A DNA stretch of 63,897 nucleotides, filler included, from Hyphochytrium catenoides (lineage: Eukaryota > Protista > Hyphochytriomycota), in the NCBI GenBank assembly GCA_900088475.1. It is 13 parts of 13 records of this genome, joined end to end, with 100 filler letters (N's around TTAATTAATTAA, not from the genome) between each part and the next. Parts side by side here need not be neighbours in the genome. Positions count along the whole stretch, not along the records: positions 46,325 to 56,053 come from FLMG01003406.1; positions 56,154 to 57,643 come from FLMG01000566.1; positions 57,744 to 58,974 come from FLMG01001179.1; positions 59,075 to 61,025 come from FLMG01004361.1; positions 61,126 to 62,502 come from FLMG01003164.1; 8 more parts are not named here. One strand, 5' to 3'. The position numbers and the translations under genes were made by a program. The number at the start of each line of letters is the position of its first letter. Within the stretch, counting starts at the first letter, position 1. The notes beneath the pieces are model-generated. The model saw only the letters and a list, made by a program, of their open reading frames with translations, was not told the DNA's origin and searched no databases. Positions 48,689 through 61,332 of the stretch are shown here, one piece after another.

Positions 48689-49660
48689 TCAAGCGGCGAG
48701 CGTCTTTTCTAACGATGGGTCCGGCCGTGGCTTTTTCAGTTCTGTAACTACATCGATGAGCTGGGATAGAGCAGTCTCCTTCTCCTCCAGTTTGTCCAGC
48801 ACACTTCTTCGCTCACTCTGGACCACAGAAAGCTTTTTCTCTATCTTGCCTACTTTAGCCCTATTAACGTTGATGCTGTGCTCTAACTGCAAAAGGAGGA
48901 CTCGAAACTCGTGCTCAATGATGTGCAGCGTGCGCCTCCGTCGTTCCTCTATTGCTGCCCGGAGCTCATGGTTGGTTGTGTTCTTCAGCTCAACTTCTAT
49001 CTGGAGCAGCGACGCCTCGAACACAAGGAGCTTCTGTTGAATGTCCGTGTACTTACTTAGAGATTCATCTCTGATATATTCACAAAGCTCAAAAGCCGAC
49101 GCCAGTTCAGCCTCCTGCAGGGCCAGAGACTCTGCTTCCTTCTCAAGGTTATCGCGCTCAACTCGAAGAAATGCTAGAGATGATCCCAGCGAAGCAGACA
49201 TCGATCTCAATGCCCTCACTTGATCCCTTGGTAGCTCTATTGGGTCATCTTTGTGCAAGGGAACTTTCAAATGGCGCGGATCATGTGGTTCCCAAAGAGC
49301 CTGACATTTTTCTCTTCTCGAAGCTATCTGCAAGAGCTTCTTAGTGATGTTGGGGGGATAAATTGTGCGAAGGGATAGCTTTTTCGCTCTTTTCATGCTT
49401 CACTGACTGTTCCACAGTCTCGATTGCGGGCAAGTGCGCTCTTGAAGTCACGATATCGTGCTTGGAGAGCCTCCCATCCTCTTTGCTCCCAGATAACACT
49501 GGGAAAATTGAATGGACTCGGCCCGCCTGCCAAGGGTCTTCTAGGGGCAAAGTTGAGAAGGTGTCCAAGGAGGGCTCCTTGAAAGTCTCCTCGTTGGTAC
49601 TGCGCCTACGACGATCCCAGTCTTCTACGCCAGATCCCAGAGTTTGGTTAGCGCTTTAAT
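48689..49660 (-). CDS. Hypothetical coiled-coil protein (5' structure unresolved)
   Basis: A 235-aa heptad-rich ORF at 48689-49396. The upstream frame (to ~49660) is plausibly joined by a GT...CACTAA...TTGCAG intron. Confidence 0.6.
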
Positions 49661-50381
49661 GTTGATGACAATGAGCGATGACGGCAGAAGAAGGCCGATG
49701 ATGGCGCTACTGATCTCTCTTCACAACTGAGCAATTGTTTACATTCTGGAGCTCAGCGGCGGACGAAATCGGGGCCTCATCTTCCCTCTCACCTTCTTCT
49801 GCATTTGCTATTTATACGCCAAACTTTCCCGAGAAATCTTTCCGACCCGAAAGCTTTCGTAAAAGAAACCAATTGCAAATTAGCCCGTCAATTTCAATTT
49901 CTTTATTTCATCCTTATACGTTAACCGCCACATACAAACGAAAAGACATTCAGAAATGTCACAGCAGTGGTAATACGTACCTAGTTGCTAAACTAAATAG
50001 CAGAATGGTCTAATAATACGCCAAATAAGAAGCGAACCATGAAGAAAATAACGCCCAGAAGCGATAACTTTGAACTTTGATTTTTCCTAAGATATTCGGG
50101 CCAAACACAGAAAGAATTTGCAGCTTCAATCTCCGTTCAATCTCCGTCTCTCCCAGACGCCAGACATTGAGGTCACGGCTTATAGAAGACGAAGCACGGG
50201 AGGCGGTGCGCGAGAGTGCAAGGTCACTGCAGGGCATTGCGCTGCCTGACGCTCTATATTGATGATGCTGAGTTGGCCAGGATACGTGCGAAAGTGTGCA
50301 CCGCTCTATATCAGTCTATCGCTCATGAGGTCGTTGAATCCATAGGACGGGGGTCGCTGCAACTGCCGTTTGATAGTCTCC

Positions 50382-53300
50382 ATGGATGCTGAGTACGAAT
50401 ATCGCTACCTAGTTGATTGGATTAATACATTACCTCTCGACAGCTGTTGCTTAGTTGACAGGTGAGTACCGTCCTGGCGGATATTTAGGGTCTTAGGTCT
50501 AACCTCTGTGTGACAGCTTTGAAGATCTCCAGGATGGCCTCATCCTTTCCCAGATTGTCTGCTTCTTTACAAAGGTGCACACTGTTCCACGATACCGTCT
50601 TTGTCAACTTAGAGCTAATATTTGCCTTGAAGAAGCAAGGGCCTCTTTCGAACAGCAGCGCTACGGACCAGCTTCTCTTCTGCCTTCGCGTCCTTGGGCT
50701 CAGCCAGGAGCAAAGCGCGCGACTTCTTACGGACGCCCCAGCCTTTCGGCAAGCAAGAAATCGAATAATAGCCCTTATTATACGAGAAGTCAAAGAGCGG
50801 TATCAAGAGAGCACATATCCTCTCCCAGACTGGCAAACGGACAACGTAACTGTGATGACATCTTGCGCTGAGATGAATGAAGACGAAAAGAAGGAGGAAG
50901 AAGAACAGAAAGAGGATGGACAGGGTGAAGAAGAAGGAAATCTGGAGACGGTTGAGAAGGAGGCCGAAGACGAAGAGCTCCTCAGATGTCCCGAGGCGGT
51001 AGCAAGACCGCTGTACCAAGTCTTGCAGGGAACAGTGGGACATCAATCACTAGCTGTCCAGCTAAAATCTATGGGACTACTGAAGCAGCAGAGGATATCC
51101 GAAGAAGACAACGTTGTGCCTAGAACTTACCTTTCCACTGTGGAACATGGACAGCAAAGTATGGGTAGACAAATTGTCTATCAAGCCCTTGGCTGATGAT
51201 GAACGCTTACATGCCTGTCCGGCGTCTTGCTCTGTCTGCCCTTATCAACTTCCTTACCGAGCTGTTTCTCAACCTAACAATCTCTCTATCTCTTCTCTTG
51301 GTTCCAGATTCCCCGGAAGTACCCCGCCAAAGTCTTTTAGAAGGAGCGGCGGGTAACAGCCGCGGGTTTGTCAAGAGCTCAATGTGGGATCCAACGTATT
51401 ACAGGCGAACGAAGGGAGAGAGGGAACACCAAATTTTGAGAAGGAACGTGGCAAACCACAGTAGAGTTCTTAGCTCTCCTAACCCTGGAGCCGCTAAAGC
51501 TGAGAGTACCTTAGCCGTTCTTGATGAAGGATACACGCCGCCCATTCGTAGTGGTGAGACAGGAAAAACCTCTCTTTCCCAAGACAATCGCCCCAGGGGC
51601 CGTCGACGTAAGGCAGCCTCCTCTCTTGTTTCGGACGCCTCACCATTTTCTACTCCTTCCGTGGAGGAGCTTGAGGACATGGTTGTCTGGCTAAAAGAGA
51701 TCGGAGTGGAGTTGCCCCTCATCTGGGGCGTTGAGAGGGGGGAACCTTCCAATGGCGTTGCCAGTAAGGAGGCCATATCGTCTTTTGTCCTCCTCTTCTC
51801 CGATGGTGTAATCTTCAGTCAGATCGCTGCACACTTCGCCGTCAGGTGCGCACCCTCACCTCATGCTTCTGTCAACTTAGCTCTTTTTATCCCGCCGTTA
51901 TGGTTTAAAGCCAGACCTTGCTTCTATCCTCGGTCTAACGTCTGCTAGAGACCTACGCTTCCATTTTTTGTTCTCTTAACAGTGTTTATAGTTGACCATC
52001 TCACTTCGCAGTTTCTGCTTCTTGTTTTGCTTCCTTCGACAACTATTTCGGGGAAAGGTTTCTTGGTGCAGCATCTCGAGTACTGGTGCGGCCGCACAGC
52101 TCGAGGCCCGGGAGCGTGATCTTACAAGGAACGACACTAAATCCCAGGACTGCTGCGCAAGCGACACAGAATCTAAACAGAGCTGCGGCAGTGTTACGGA
52201 AAATAAGGTAGTAGCTGATTCACTTCTCCTTCTATTCAAATCCCATTGCTCCCTCTCTGTTGGGCAAATTCTCATTGCTCCCACTCTGTTGGGCACGTTT
52301 TTAAAGACTTGGCCTGACTTCCTGTCGGCTTGTTGATGTTGAAGTAAACTGGGCAGACAGCGAGCTAGCTCTTCTAAGGCAGTTCTTCTTGTCCATTAAT
52401 TTCCGATGCGCCGGATTCCATTCTCCCCACACTCATTATCTAGGAATTCTCTCTTCCAGCTTGTCGCAATGCTCATAGCTGGTTGTCCCTATCGTGTCCC
52501 CTATCTTACCTTGCTCTCTTCTACCTAGGGAAGTGAATGGAAGGTACCTTGTCCGTATCCAAGAAGTACGGATAGGAAATGTCGCTTTGCTTTTATCTTT
52601 GCTCTCTGACCTACGTTCGGCTCTTCCTCGAAGGGCTGAGACTCCGAGTTTCGGAGGTAAGGACCTACAGGGCACGCCAAAGACCGAGGCCCTACAGATT
52701 TGCTTAAGTTCTCTTCAAATTCCTGTAGAACAAAGCGTTCATGTCCCTTGTTTGCGGGAGAAGCCAACTGTAGAAGAGGTTAACTCTCCTGCATTATCTG
52801 GCAAAGAGAAGGATAAGTCCGAGGACAATCTAGAGGCGCGGAGACGTGCACCTACGGTTACTGCCACATCCATTCCCCGAAAGGATATTGGAGACGATGA
52901 CGCTGAGTGGAGTGAAGAGACAGAGGTTGAGAGTGTTAGAAGCCCTGTTGACCTAGTGGCCATCACCCCGCAGCAGGAGAGGGCGACACGGTGCTGGCTG
53001 GATTCCTTAGGTCTGCCTGTGACCCCCCGTGCCGTGGGAGAACTCCACCTACTCGAGGATCCCATCAGAAATGGTGCGAGGGAATGTTGCAACCTTCCGC
53101 TGTGCTTTGTCGTTCTTAATTGCTTCGTCATCTCTCTTTAATTTTTCTCGGTGTGTATCGTCTCCTTCGTCTGTCATTCTCTATACAGCGATATCGTTCC
53201 TTTTCGGCTCTAGTTCTACCTCCCTCCCAAACCGTGGACCACTTCCTGTCCAAGCTTACCCTTTCGTTTGCCGTAGTCGCCTCAATAGCGAGGGTCCTAC

Positions 53301-56053
53301 GCCAGTTCATCTACCTTGGCATGGGCGGGCATCTTCTCCTACCAATTTGGCTCTAACCCTGCTTGCTCCCTTTCTCCTTCGCTTACTCGTGTTCGTCTAT
53401 ACGCTATCTATCTATCCTGACGGCTTTCTAACCTTCCCACTCTCCATTGAAACTGCTTATCTCTCTTACTTCAATAGGGACTCTTCTCTGCGACTTAGTC
53501 CAGAAGCTATCTCAGAAGTCCAAGCCTCTTCAGGGCTTCTCCCGAGCTCCGAAGAACCTGGAAAGTGCAAGATTCAACGTTAGGACTGCACTCACTGTCC
53601 TGAGAGCGCTTCTGAAGAGAGAAAGCGACTTCCCTACTTACTATCTCTGGGCTCCAGAGGAGATCCTCAGAGGCAATAGGAACTTTGTATGGGGACTACT
53701 ATGGAATCTAATGCAAGCCTTTCCTCGGGTTGGAAGAGGGGGAGAGAGGGGGAGAGAGCAAGGGCAGGAGGTGGGCATTCTTTCTGACATCACAATGGTT
53801 GTAAATGACAGAGAAAGAAACTCTTTCATGCAAACCTTTGCCGAGGAGGAGTCCCACGGCCAGGCAAGACAAAGAGTAGAAAGCTCGCTTCTGAACTGGC
53901 TTCAGAGCTTATCCCCTTCTCTTCCCCTCTCCTCCCCTTTGTCAACGTTCCGATTCGAGACCATCATCGAGGTCATGAAGAGTGGAGCTCTTCTCCTCGC
54001 TCTAGTCAGTGTGCTGAGGGGCCAGCAGAAGAGAAGGGCCCACTCTCTCTCTTACCCGAGAGAAGTTTCTCTCTCTAACATAAACCAGGCACTTACAAAG
54101 CTGTGTCAGGAGTTTGGCCTTCGCCGCTCATGGCTGAACCAGGTAGAAAAGGTGAGACAGTTCCCTGTTGTTGTCTTTCTGCTTCTGTCTCTTGCTGCCC
54201 TTCTCACATATTCCGCTGGTTGACTCTCGGCCGTACCTGACGATAGTGAAAGACTGCAGCCAGAGTATTTTTCTCTCGCTCCTTGACCTGTGTAGCCTAG
54301 CAAGCTGAGAGTTGATTTTCCTTACTCCGTTCCTCCCTCTGTACTCTCTCTCTACTCTTTCTCTTTTTTGTCTCCTCCCTTTTTTCTGCCCTATGTCGCG
54401 CACTGTGAGACAGATTGCAAGCGGGAATCAATGTCTCATTGTGGAGCTATTGGTGGATATCCGTGATATATTTATAAGAACCTCGCTGACGGGGACAAGC
54501 GAGAAATTGAATGGCAGAAGCAAAGGACGAAATCGAAGGATTGAGAGAGAGAGAGGCCACGAGAGCATTCTGTTCAGTCCTGATTGGATAGCTTTGGAAA
54601 AGCGACTAGACCGAAGTACTGAAGAGCAGGATTGCCCAGAAGAAACAGGAGGAAGGAGACCCTTTGATGAAATAGAGATAGAAAAGAGGTCCTTTTCACT
54701 TACATTTGCTGTCGAAGAGACATCAGATGGGGCATTTGCCTCCTCAGATCTCTTTCTTCCGCCCCGGCCGGATATTATCTCTTCAGATTCTGGCCGACAT
54801 GCGTCTCCACACCTTTTCGCAACGGGAAGAGAGAAATCCAAAGAGACCCATGCAAAGGATCCGATCTCATTCTCTCTGTCTGCCATCCCTCTCTCTCCCA
54901 TTCCAAACCGTCCTGGTTCGTCTATCACTCCAGAGCCACTTGACTCAAGCCTGACATTAGCAGACCTGGCAGATGGAGTGCTGGAGGGCATTGGAGATAA
55001 TGAACGACAGAGTCGTCCATCCAAGGAAAGGATAGACATTACTGGGATAGAGGGAGGGAGTCCTGAAGATATCTTTCCCACTCCTTGTCCTTCGTCTTCG
55101 CTAACAGACCAACGCCATTCCTCTTTAGCTGACAAAGACATCCTTCCCGTCCCTCCACCGTCACATGAGCGAACTGTGGTCCTAAGCCAGTCACCCATGC
55201 TCAACCCTCATGGATATGGTTTAAAGCAGGAGAAGAGGGAGCCGACGGATCTCTCTCTCACCCTGCAGGACTTCTCTCTCCAAAGTCTCGAGTTAGAGTC
55301 GCCTGTAGACGAGGACCAGAGACCAGAGCTCTTTCGTACTGTGGGGATAGGAGCATCTAGCCAGCGAAGGGAGGAGAGCAGGAAACCAGAGAAGACGGCA
55401 GAAAAAGAGACGAAAGAAGAGAGAGAACCAGGGAGTCGTCGCAGTCATAGCTCCATGGAAGCGCTTACTAAATGGCTCACCTCTCACGGCATTCAGGCCA
55501 TAAACTTAGAGCGGAGACAGGTCAGACTTTAGGAGGCGAACGGGCTTACCAAGGGGAAAGGCAAGAAACTAAATGACGGCAATAAAGAGACTGCAGCGGG
55601 GAGAGGGAAAGCAGGTGATGGGCATAGCGCTAAGAAGGGAAGAGAGAGAGAAACGAGAGAGAGTAAAAGAGAGCGAGGAAGAGAGAGAGAGAGAGAAAGA
55701 AAGAAAGAAAGACAGCAAGCAACACAAGGTCAGAGAGAGAGAGAGAGAAAGTGAGCGACGAGCCGAGAAGAAAGAGAACAAAAAGAATGTCTTTACTGAT
55801 TCTGGCTCTAAATGTGTTCCTGCAGATCCGAGGAAACGACCCACAAGCTGAGAACATAAGTGAAGAGGACTTTAGCACCATCTTCAGAGACGGAGTGCTC
55901 CTGCTGCAGCTGGTGGAACGAGTGACGAGGAGAGGAAGAAAGATCCCCGCTATCGTCCAGAGGCCAAGAAATAAGGCTCAGTGCCTTTTCAATATTAGGA
56001 AGGCGCTTGCCATTCTTGGAGAGAACAATGTAAAATCCAACCTGGGTCGTCCT
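50382..56053 (+). CDS. Large multi-calponin-homology (CH) domain protein, 3' truncated
   Basis: Five CH-like units: LVDWIN...FEDLQDGLILSQI; VVWLKEIG...FSDGVIFSQI; CWLDSLG...IRNGTLLCDLV...NVRTAL...ILRGNRNFVWGLLWNL; LLNWLQSL...MKSGALLLALV...NINQAL; LTKWL...FRDGVLLLQLV...NIRKALAIL. Confidence 0.75.
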
Positions 56054-56485
56054 NNNNNNNNNNNNNNNNNNNNNNNNNNNNNNNNNNNNNNNNNNNNTTA
56101 ATTAATTAANNNNNNNNNNNNNNNNNNNNNNNNNNNNNNNNNNNNNNNNNNNNAGAGAGAGAGAGAGCCGGGGGGAGAAGGGGAAGACGGAGAGGGAGAG
56201 AGAGTGAAAGGCGGTTGTGGACAAGCGTTAAAGGACACGAAGGAAAGAGATAGAAGAAGAGAGGAGAGAGAGAACGATGTACAGACTTGGAAAGAGAAGA
56301 ATGAGGCCATTACGCCAGCAAGGAAAGCAAGACAACCATCGCGACATGTGTAGAGGCAACAAGTGACAGTGGGACTTCTAAATTTGATTTTCCAGGAAGA
56401 GCACACGGCGCGCACAGAGAACCAAAATGGTGAGCAAGGACACAGAGAAGAGAGAAGAGAGAGGAGAGAGAGAGAGAAAGTGACC

Positions 56486-56829
56486 TGAGCGCACGCGGCG
56501 CCAGCAGACAGAGAGAAAGCAACCTGACAAGGAGACAGCTAGTAAGACGAGAGTCTCGGAGGTCCAAGAGAGAGAAAGAGAAGAAAGAAATCCATAGATC
56601 ACGATTCGTACAGTGTCCTTCCTGAGGCGGAGATGCCTGCGCGGGCTTGAGCATCGGTTGAGCTGACTGCCCTGGTTGGAGCGGAGATGAAGACACGACG
56701 GACACGTTGGCTTGAGCCATTTCTTCCTCTGTCTCTCTCTCTCTCTCGTGGACCTCCGGGACTCTCGTATTACTAGCTGTCTCCTTGTCAGGTTGCTTTC
56801 TCTCTGTCTGCTGGCGCCGCGTGCGCTCA
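56486..56829. repeat. Near-perfect 89-bp inverted repeat (arms 56486-56574 and 56741-56829, 166-nt spacer)
   Basis: The reverse-complement alignment shows only 3 mismatches, over non-microsatellite sequence for most of its length. Confidence 0.92.
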
Positions 56830-59074
56830 CTGCTGCTACGTCTTTCCTGCAGACGGGAAATTTTGACACTAAAAGAGAATGAGAGAAGTGCCACGGAAGT
56901 TGCTCCGAAAGGTCTCTCCTCGTCCTTCACAAAGCTCTAGGTTATATTCCACCTCTTCGCAACCCTGACTCTCTAGCCACCGCACCACTCTCTCTCTCCT
57001 CTCTCTTGCTCAAACGTCCCAATTCCTCTCTCTCCTGGCGCCGTTGCCCTGTCTCACTCTTCTTACCTCTTGCTCGTGGTCTTTCTATCTCTATCTCCGT
57101 CAGTCCACGCTTAGCACGTATCTGATCTGTTCTCTGTCTGGCCTTCCACTCTATCTATTTCTTCTCTCTTCCTCTTTCCTCCTTGTCCATATCCAAAGCC
57201 TTGTCATGCTGCCTTTCGGTCTCTCTCTCATTCTAATGCTGAGATCTTTTCCCTTCGCCCGCTTGGCCTAGGCTTCTTTAGCTCCTCGTCCTCCTCCTTC
57301 ATCTCCCTCCCGCTGCCGTGTCGTCCTCTAGAATCAGAGCGATAGGAAGGGCAGCCGCGCAGTAAGGGGTTGGATCTAAAGGTGAGGCGGGTGGGAGGGA
57401 GGCCGGAGTGGGACAAAGAAAGGAAAGTGAGACAGGCAACGACGGCTGTGACACGTCCATGGATAAGGATTAGTGGAAAGGCAGAGCTTCTGTTGGAGGC
57501 GGCGGAGGTGCGACTCAGAACTTGGAAGGCAAGAGAAGTGGTGGGCGTGTTTGTAGGAGGAGAGAGAGAGTGAGTAGAAGAGAAACCGAGATAACGAGAG
57601 AGAGAGAGAGAGAACATGATATAAAAACAAAAGAGAGAGAGAGNNNNNNNNNNNNNNNNNNNNNNNNNNNNNNNNNNNNNNNNNNNNTTAATTAATTAAN
57701 NNNNNNNNNNNNNNNNNNNNNNNNNNNNNNNNNNNNNNNNNNNCAGGGCACGTAAGTGACGTAAACCTCGAAGTCAAGGAGTAGAACTAGTAAGAGCATG
57801 AAGTAAACGATTTAGTACAGAGGAGACACAGATAATAAGCATACAGTGGAGAATGAATGAGTGCAATGAATGGAGGGGAGAAAGAGAAGAAGTAGTCAGG
57901 ATGCCGGAGGCAAAAGGCCAGCAAGATAGGAGTGCGATGGGAAGAACAGAAGAGCTTCTGCTTGACAGTTGAAGCTGAAGAAAAAGATGACAAAGTCCGA
58001 ACGAGAGGAGGAGCTCGACAAAGGAGGATGATGGGTCTGTTGCCTCAACTCTGCCACGCAACCAAGGAATGGAGCAGACGCAGCGTTGTTGGCCCAGGAG
58101 TTGTGCTCTGTTATTTGTCCTGTACAGTCTCAGTTCTGGGCAGTGTTCTCCAAACTTTCTTGGTGCATCATTCGCCTAGTTTCCAGTGTGGATCTTCCCT
58201 TTATGATCTCTGTTGTCCGCCTCCTATTTCCCGACCTTCATAGATGATCTTGTCTTCTACAGGAAGCCATTTCATAGCTATCTAAACTTCTTTAGGGGAA
58301 GACAAAGAGGAGAAGAGACATAGAAGTGAACGTACACATTGAAGTCAGATGGCGCAGCATCATAAAGAGTTAAATAAAGATGCTCTTTCACTGATGATGT
58401 ACGGACAAGCTCTCTTTCTCTCTCTCTCTCTTACCTGGTCGCTCTTTCCCTGACAGGTAGGTTTTATCCCTTCTGTCTGTGGTTATTCTGTTCTCAGTCG
58501 TTCTCTGCCTTGCATCCTTGCGCCCTCTTCTCCTTCTCTCCCACTCTCTCTCTCGTTCAGCTGATGCAGAGAAACTCAAGCTCCGAAATTTCTGCGGCGT
58601 ATCTTCTTTCCTACGGTCAGCTCTTTGGCACCACAAGAGATTCAACAAAACATATAGTTTTCCTATGGAAAGATTGAGAGCTTCTAGATAGGGGAAATCA
58701 ACCTCTATAAAGTGAAACATTCCAAAGTGAAGCTTTCTTGTCGCCTCTCTCATCCAGTCATTCCTTCCCGCTCCACTGGCGCCAGGTTCGGAAGGGTTAT
58801 TATTCGGCATGTTTCGTTATTCTAGGGCATAGATGTTACAGCAAATCTTGAATATCCAAAATTATTACTTTCTGATGGTTGGTTTGGCCAGACGGTTTAT
58901 TCTCGGTCCGTACCTCTTCGGGTAGTGTGAGTGGCGGGAGGGGCTTTGTCCTCTCTCTCTCTCTCTCTTTCTCTNNNNNNNNNNNNNNNNNNNNNNNNNN
59001 NNNNNNNNNNNNNNNNNNTTAATTAATTAANNNNNNNNNNNNNNNNNNNNNNNNNNNNNNNNNNNNNNNNNNNN

Positions 59075-60582
59075 GTAACGATAGAGGAATCTATCATGAA
59101 AGTCCAGCAAGTGCAATAAGACGCCTTTAGCGGTTGCGCAGAACATTCTACAAAGTGGACACCGCTTTTCCGTGGACACTTCTGTCCGCCGCCTCATGTT
59201 ATCGCCATACAGATAGTGAAAGGAGACCTGAGAAGAAAGCCGGTGAGTGCTGAGCATGGAGGGCTGCGTGCTTTGACTGACTTACCTGACTAAAGCTACT
59301 ATCCGGTTCCCGGAGAAGTTTTCTCCGCTTTCCCCGCCCTTCCTGTCGAGTTTCCACCATGACAATGTGAAGCGACGTCGGATCTACCGAGAACCTCCAC
59401 TGGTCATAATGGAGAAGCGGGTGGTACCAGGAACAGGGGTTGACATACCTTGCTCTCTGTCATTTAATGTAAGGATTCGTTTCTGGCCCGTGTTGACTTT
59501 TGCAAGTTCAGAGGCAATTGTCATGTGTGTCCAGGCTACCGGTCTTCCCTTTGGCGCTTCACCTGGACCTGCGCTAGGTTAGCTCACTATGAAGTGTAAA
59601 GTGCCACGGTACAGGTCTTACGATCCATCAGGCTGTTTCCCATTCCTTGACTTGCTGCTGAGGATAACGTCTTGAAGACCTTAGCTTGATCTGAAAGTTG
59701 CAGCTTCAAAGGCTCTGTGCCTAGCTCGTTTAGCGACACTACTGGGAGCTCCTCGCTCTCGTACAGCTGAAAAACAACTGAAAGTTCGCATCCGCCTTGT
59801 CCCGCCAGTTCTCCAATGTCCACGAGCCCTTCAACTTGCCTCTTGAGCCCTGTTGTCACAGGATAGTCAGCAATACCTCGTAGTGTGGTCCCAGAGACAG
59901 GAGATACTTCCAGAAAGCTGTCTAGTGGCAGATTTGGCATTGAACTAGTTTGCGAATAATTGCTAAGAGAGCTGACACTCGGAACAAGGTCAAGAAGAAG
60001 GGCTTCTTACCTGTCCAAGCCTGACCCACTAGCTGGTAGCGCCTGCTAGCGGTAATCCTGACAAAAAAGGAAATCAACAAGGCATAGCCCGTCTGGAACC
60101 GCTGCCCTTTTCCAAAGGAAAGAAATGGGACTGTGATGGAAATGTTAAGTAGGCCCAAGCTGGAAGCATCAACAGTCCGATTGTCCTGCACAAGATGCCT
60201 GTGTCTTCTTGCCATTGAGTTGTGCGTCAGCCGGTAACTAACATTATGGTCGCGCGTTAGGAGTAGCTAAAGCGATAATGCAGTGGCAACAAAAGGAACT
60301 GACCTTAGGGTTCGCGGGAGCAAGAAGGGACATTGAAGGAACCGGAGCTCCAAGAATTTATAGAAGGAGCAGAGCGGATGGTAAGTCTGTGAAAAAGAAT
60401 CCTCCGGTTCCTTGCTCAGGATCAGATTGAGCTCACTGTCTGAGGCCAGGACGCCTGCTTTTGAAGGTAAGGACGCCCTTTTCCTAACATGATTAACAGT
60501 CAGCATCGCTCCAGAGGCAAGCATGTGCAGTCGGAAGTCCCTGTGCTGAGTCGGTCGAGCCTTACCGTTTGGTTGGCGGCAT
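59075..60582 (-). CDS. SUZ12: Polycomb PRC2 subunit SUZ12/EMF2-like, 3' part (VEFS domain) cut by the contig end
   Basis: The N-terminal FYKFLELRFLQCPFLLPRTL parallels SUZ12 IYRFLRTR...PIFLHRTL. The C2H2 region VSFHYLYGDNMRRRTEVSTEKRCPLCRMFC...LLHL..FHDRF parallels FYQFLYNNNTRQQTE...CPWC...LLKHL..CHSRF. ATG at 60582 (MPPTKR) with canonical introns. Confidence 0.82.
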
Positions 60583-61332
60583 CTTCACTGGCGAAGTAGC
60601 ACGTAAGCCTGTCCTGCTCGATCCCAGCCCCCAAGAGAGATATTATCCCAGACCCGCAAGAGAGATGGAAGGCTTAGTCTTTCCAGCCAGCAGCAGCAGC
60701 AGCTAGGGGACGCCGAGAGACACAGCGGGCCATCAGGGTACCGCTGGGCTGCTGCAAGAGCGGAGGAGCTTTATGCTATGAGGAGAGATCGGGCCCAGCC
60801 TGGGGTCTGGATGAAGGTTGAAGCGCGCTGATAATTCAAGCAATAAACTATGAAGAAAGCCCTTGAACCCTCAACATGTCCTACCAGACCTCCCCCAGAA
60901 GCTATGAGGCGGTCATCTAAGAGAGAGGGAGAGGAGAGAGGAGACAAGGATCCGCTGCGGCGATCCCGGCTGCAGGTTCTCAAGATGATTCCTTATCCGG
61001 CTCGTCTGCTGCCTCTCAGGTGCCANNNNNNNNNNNNNNNNNNNNNNNNNNNNNNNNNNNNNNNNNNNNTTAATTAATTAANNNNNNNNNNNNNNNNNNN
61101 NNNNNNNNNNNNNNNNNNNNNNNNNCGCAGAACAATAGAACAAAATGGAGTTTCGACTCAGTGTTATTTCTGTCCACGCGACCAAGACCTCGGATGGTGG
61201 TAGTACTTCCCAGGGTTCTATGTTGGGGTTCGACGATATGTTCTTCTTTGCTGTGGAGAAGGATGGACCCTCATTATTCATTTCACCTCACACATCGCAA
61301 GCGGGCTTGGCCCTTTTCAGAAGACCGAAGTC

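Noticed and set aside
49820-50130. AT-rich tract with weak inverted ends as a MITE
   Set aside because: Terminal similarity is too weak and there is no TSD; a divergent promoter or intron is equally likely.
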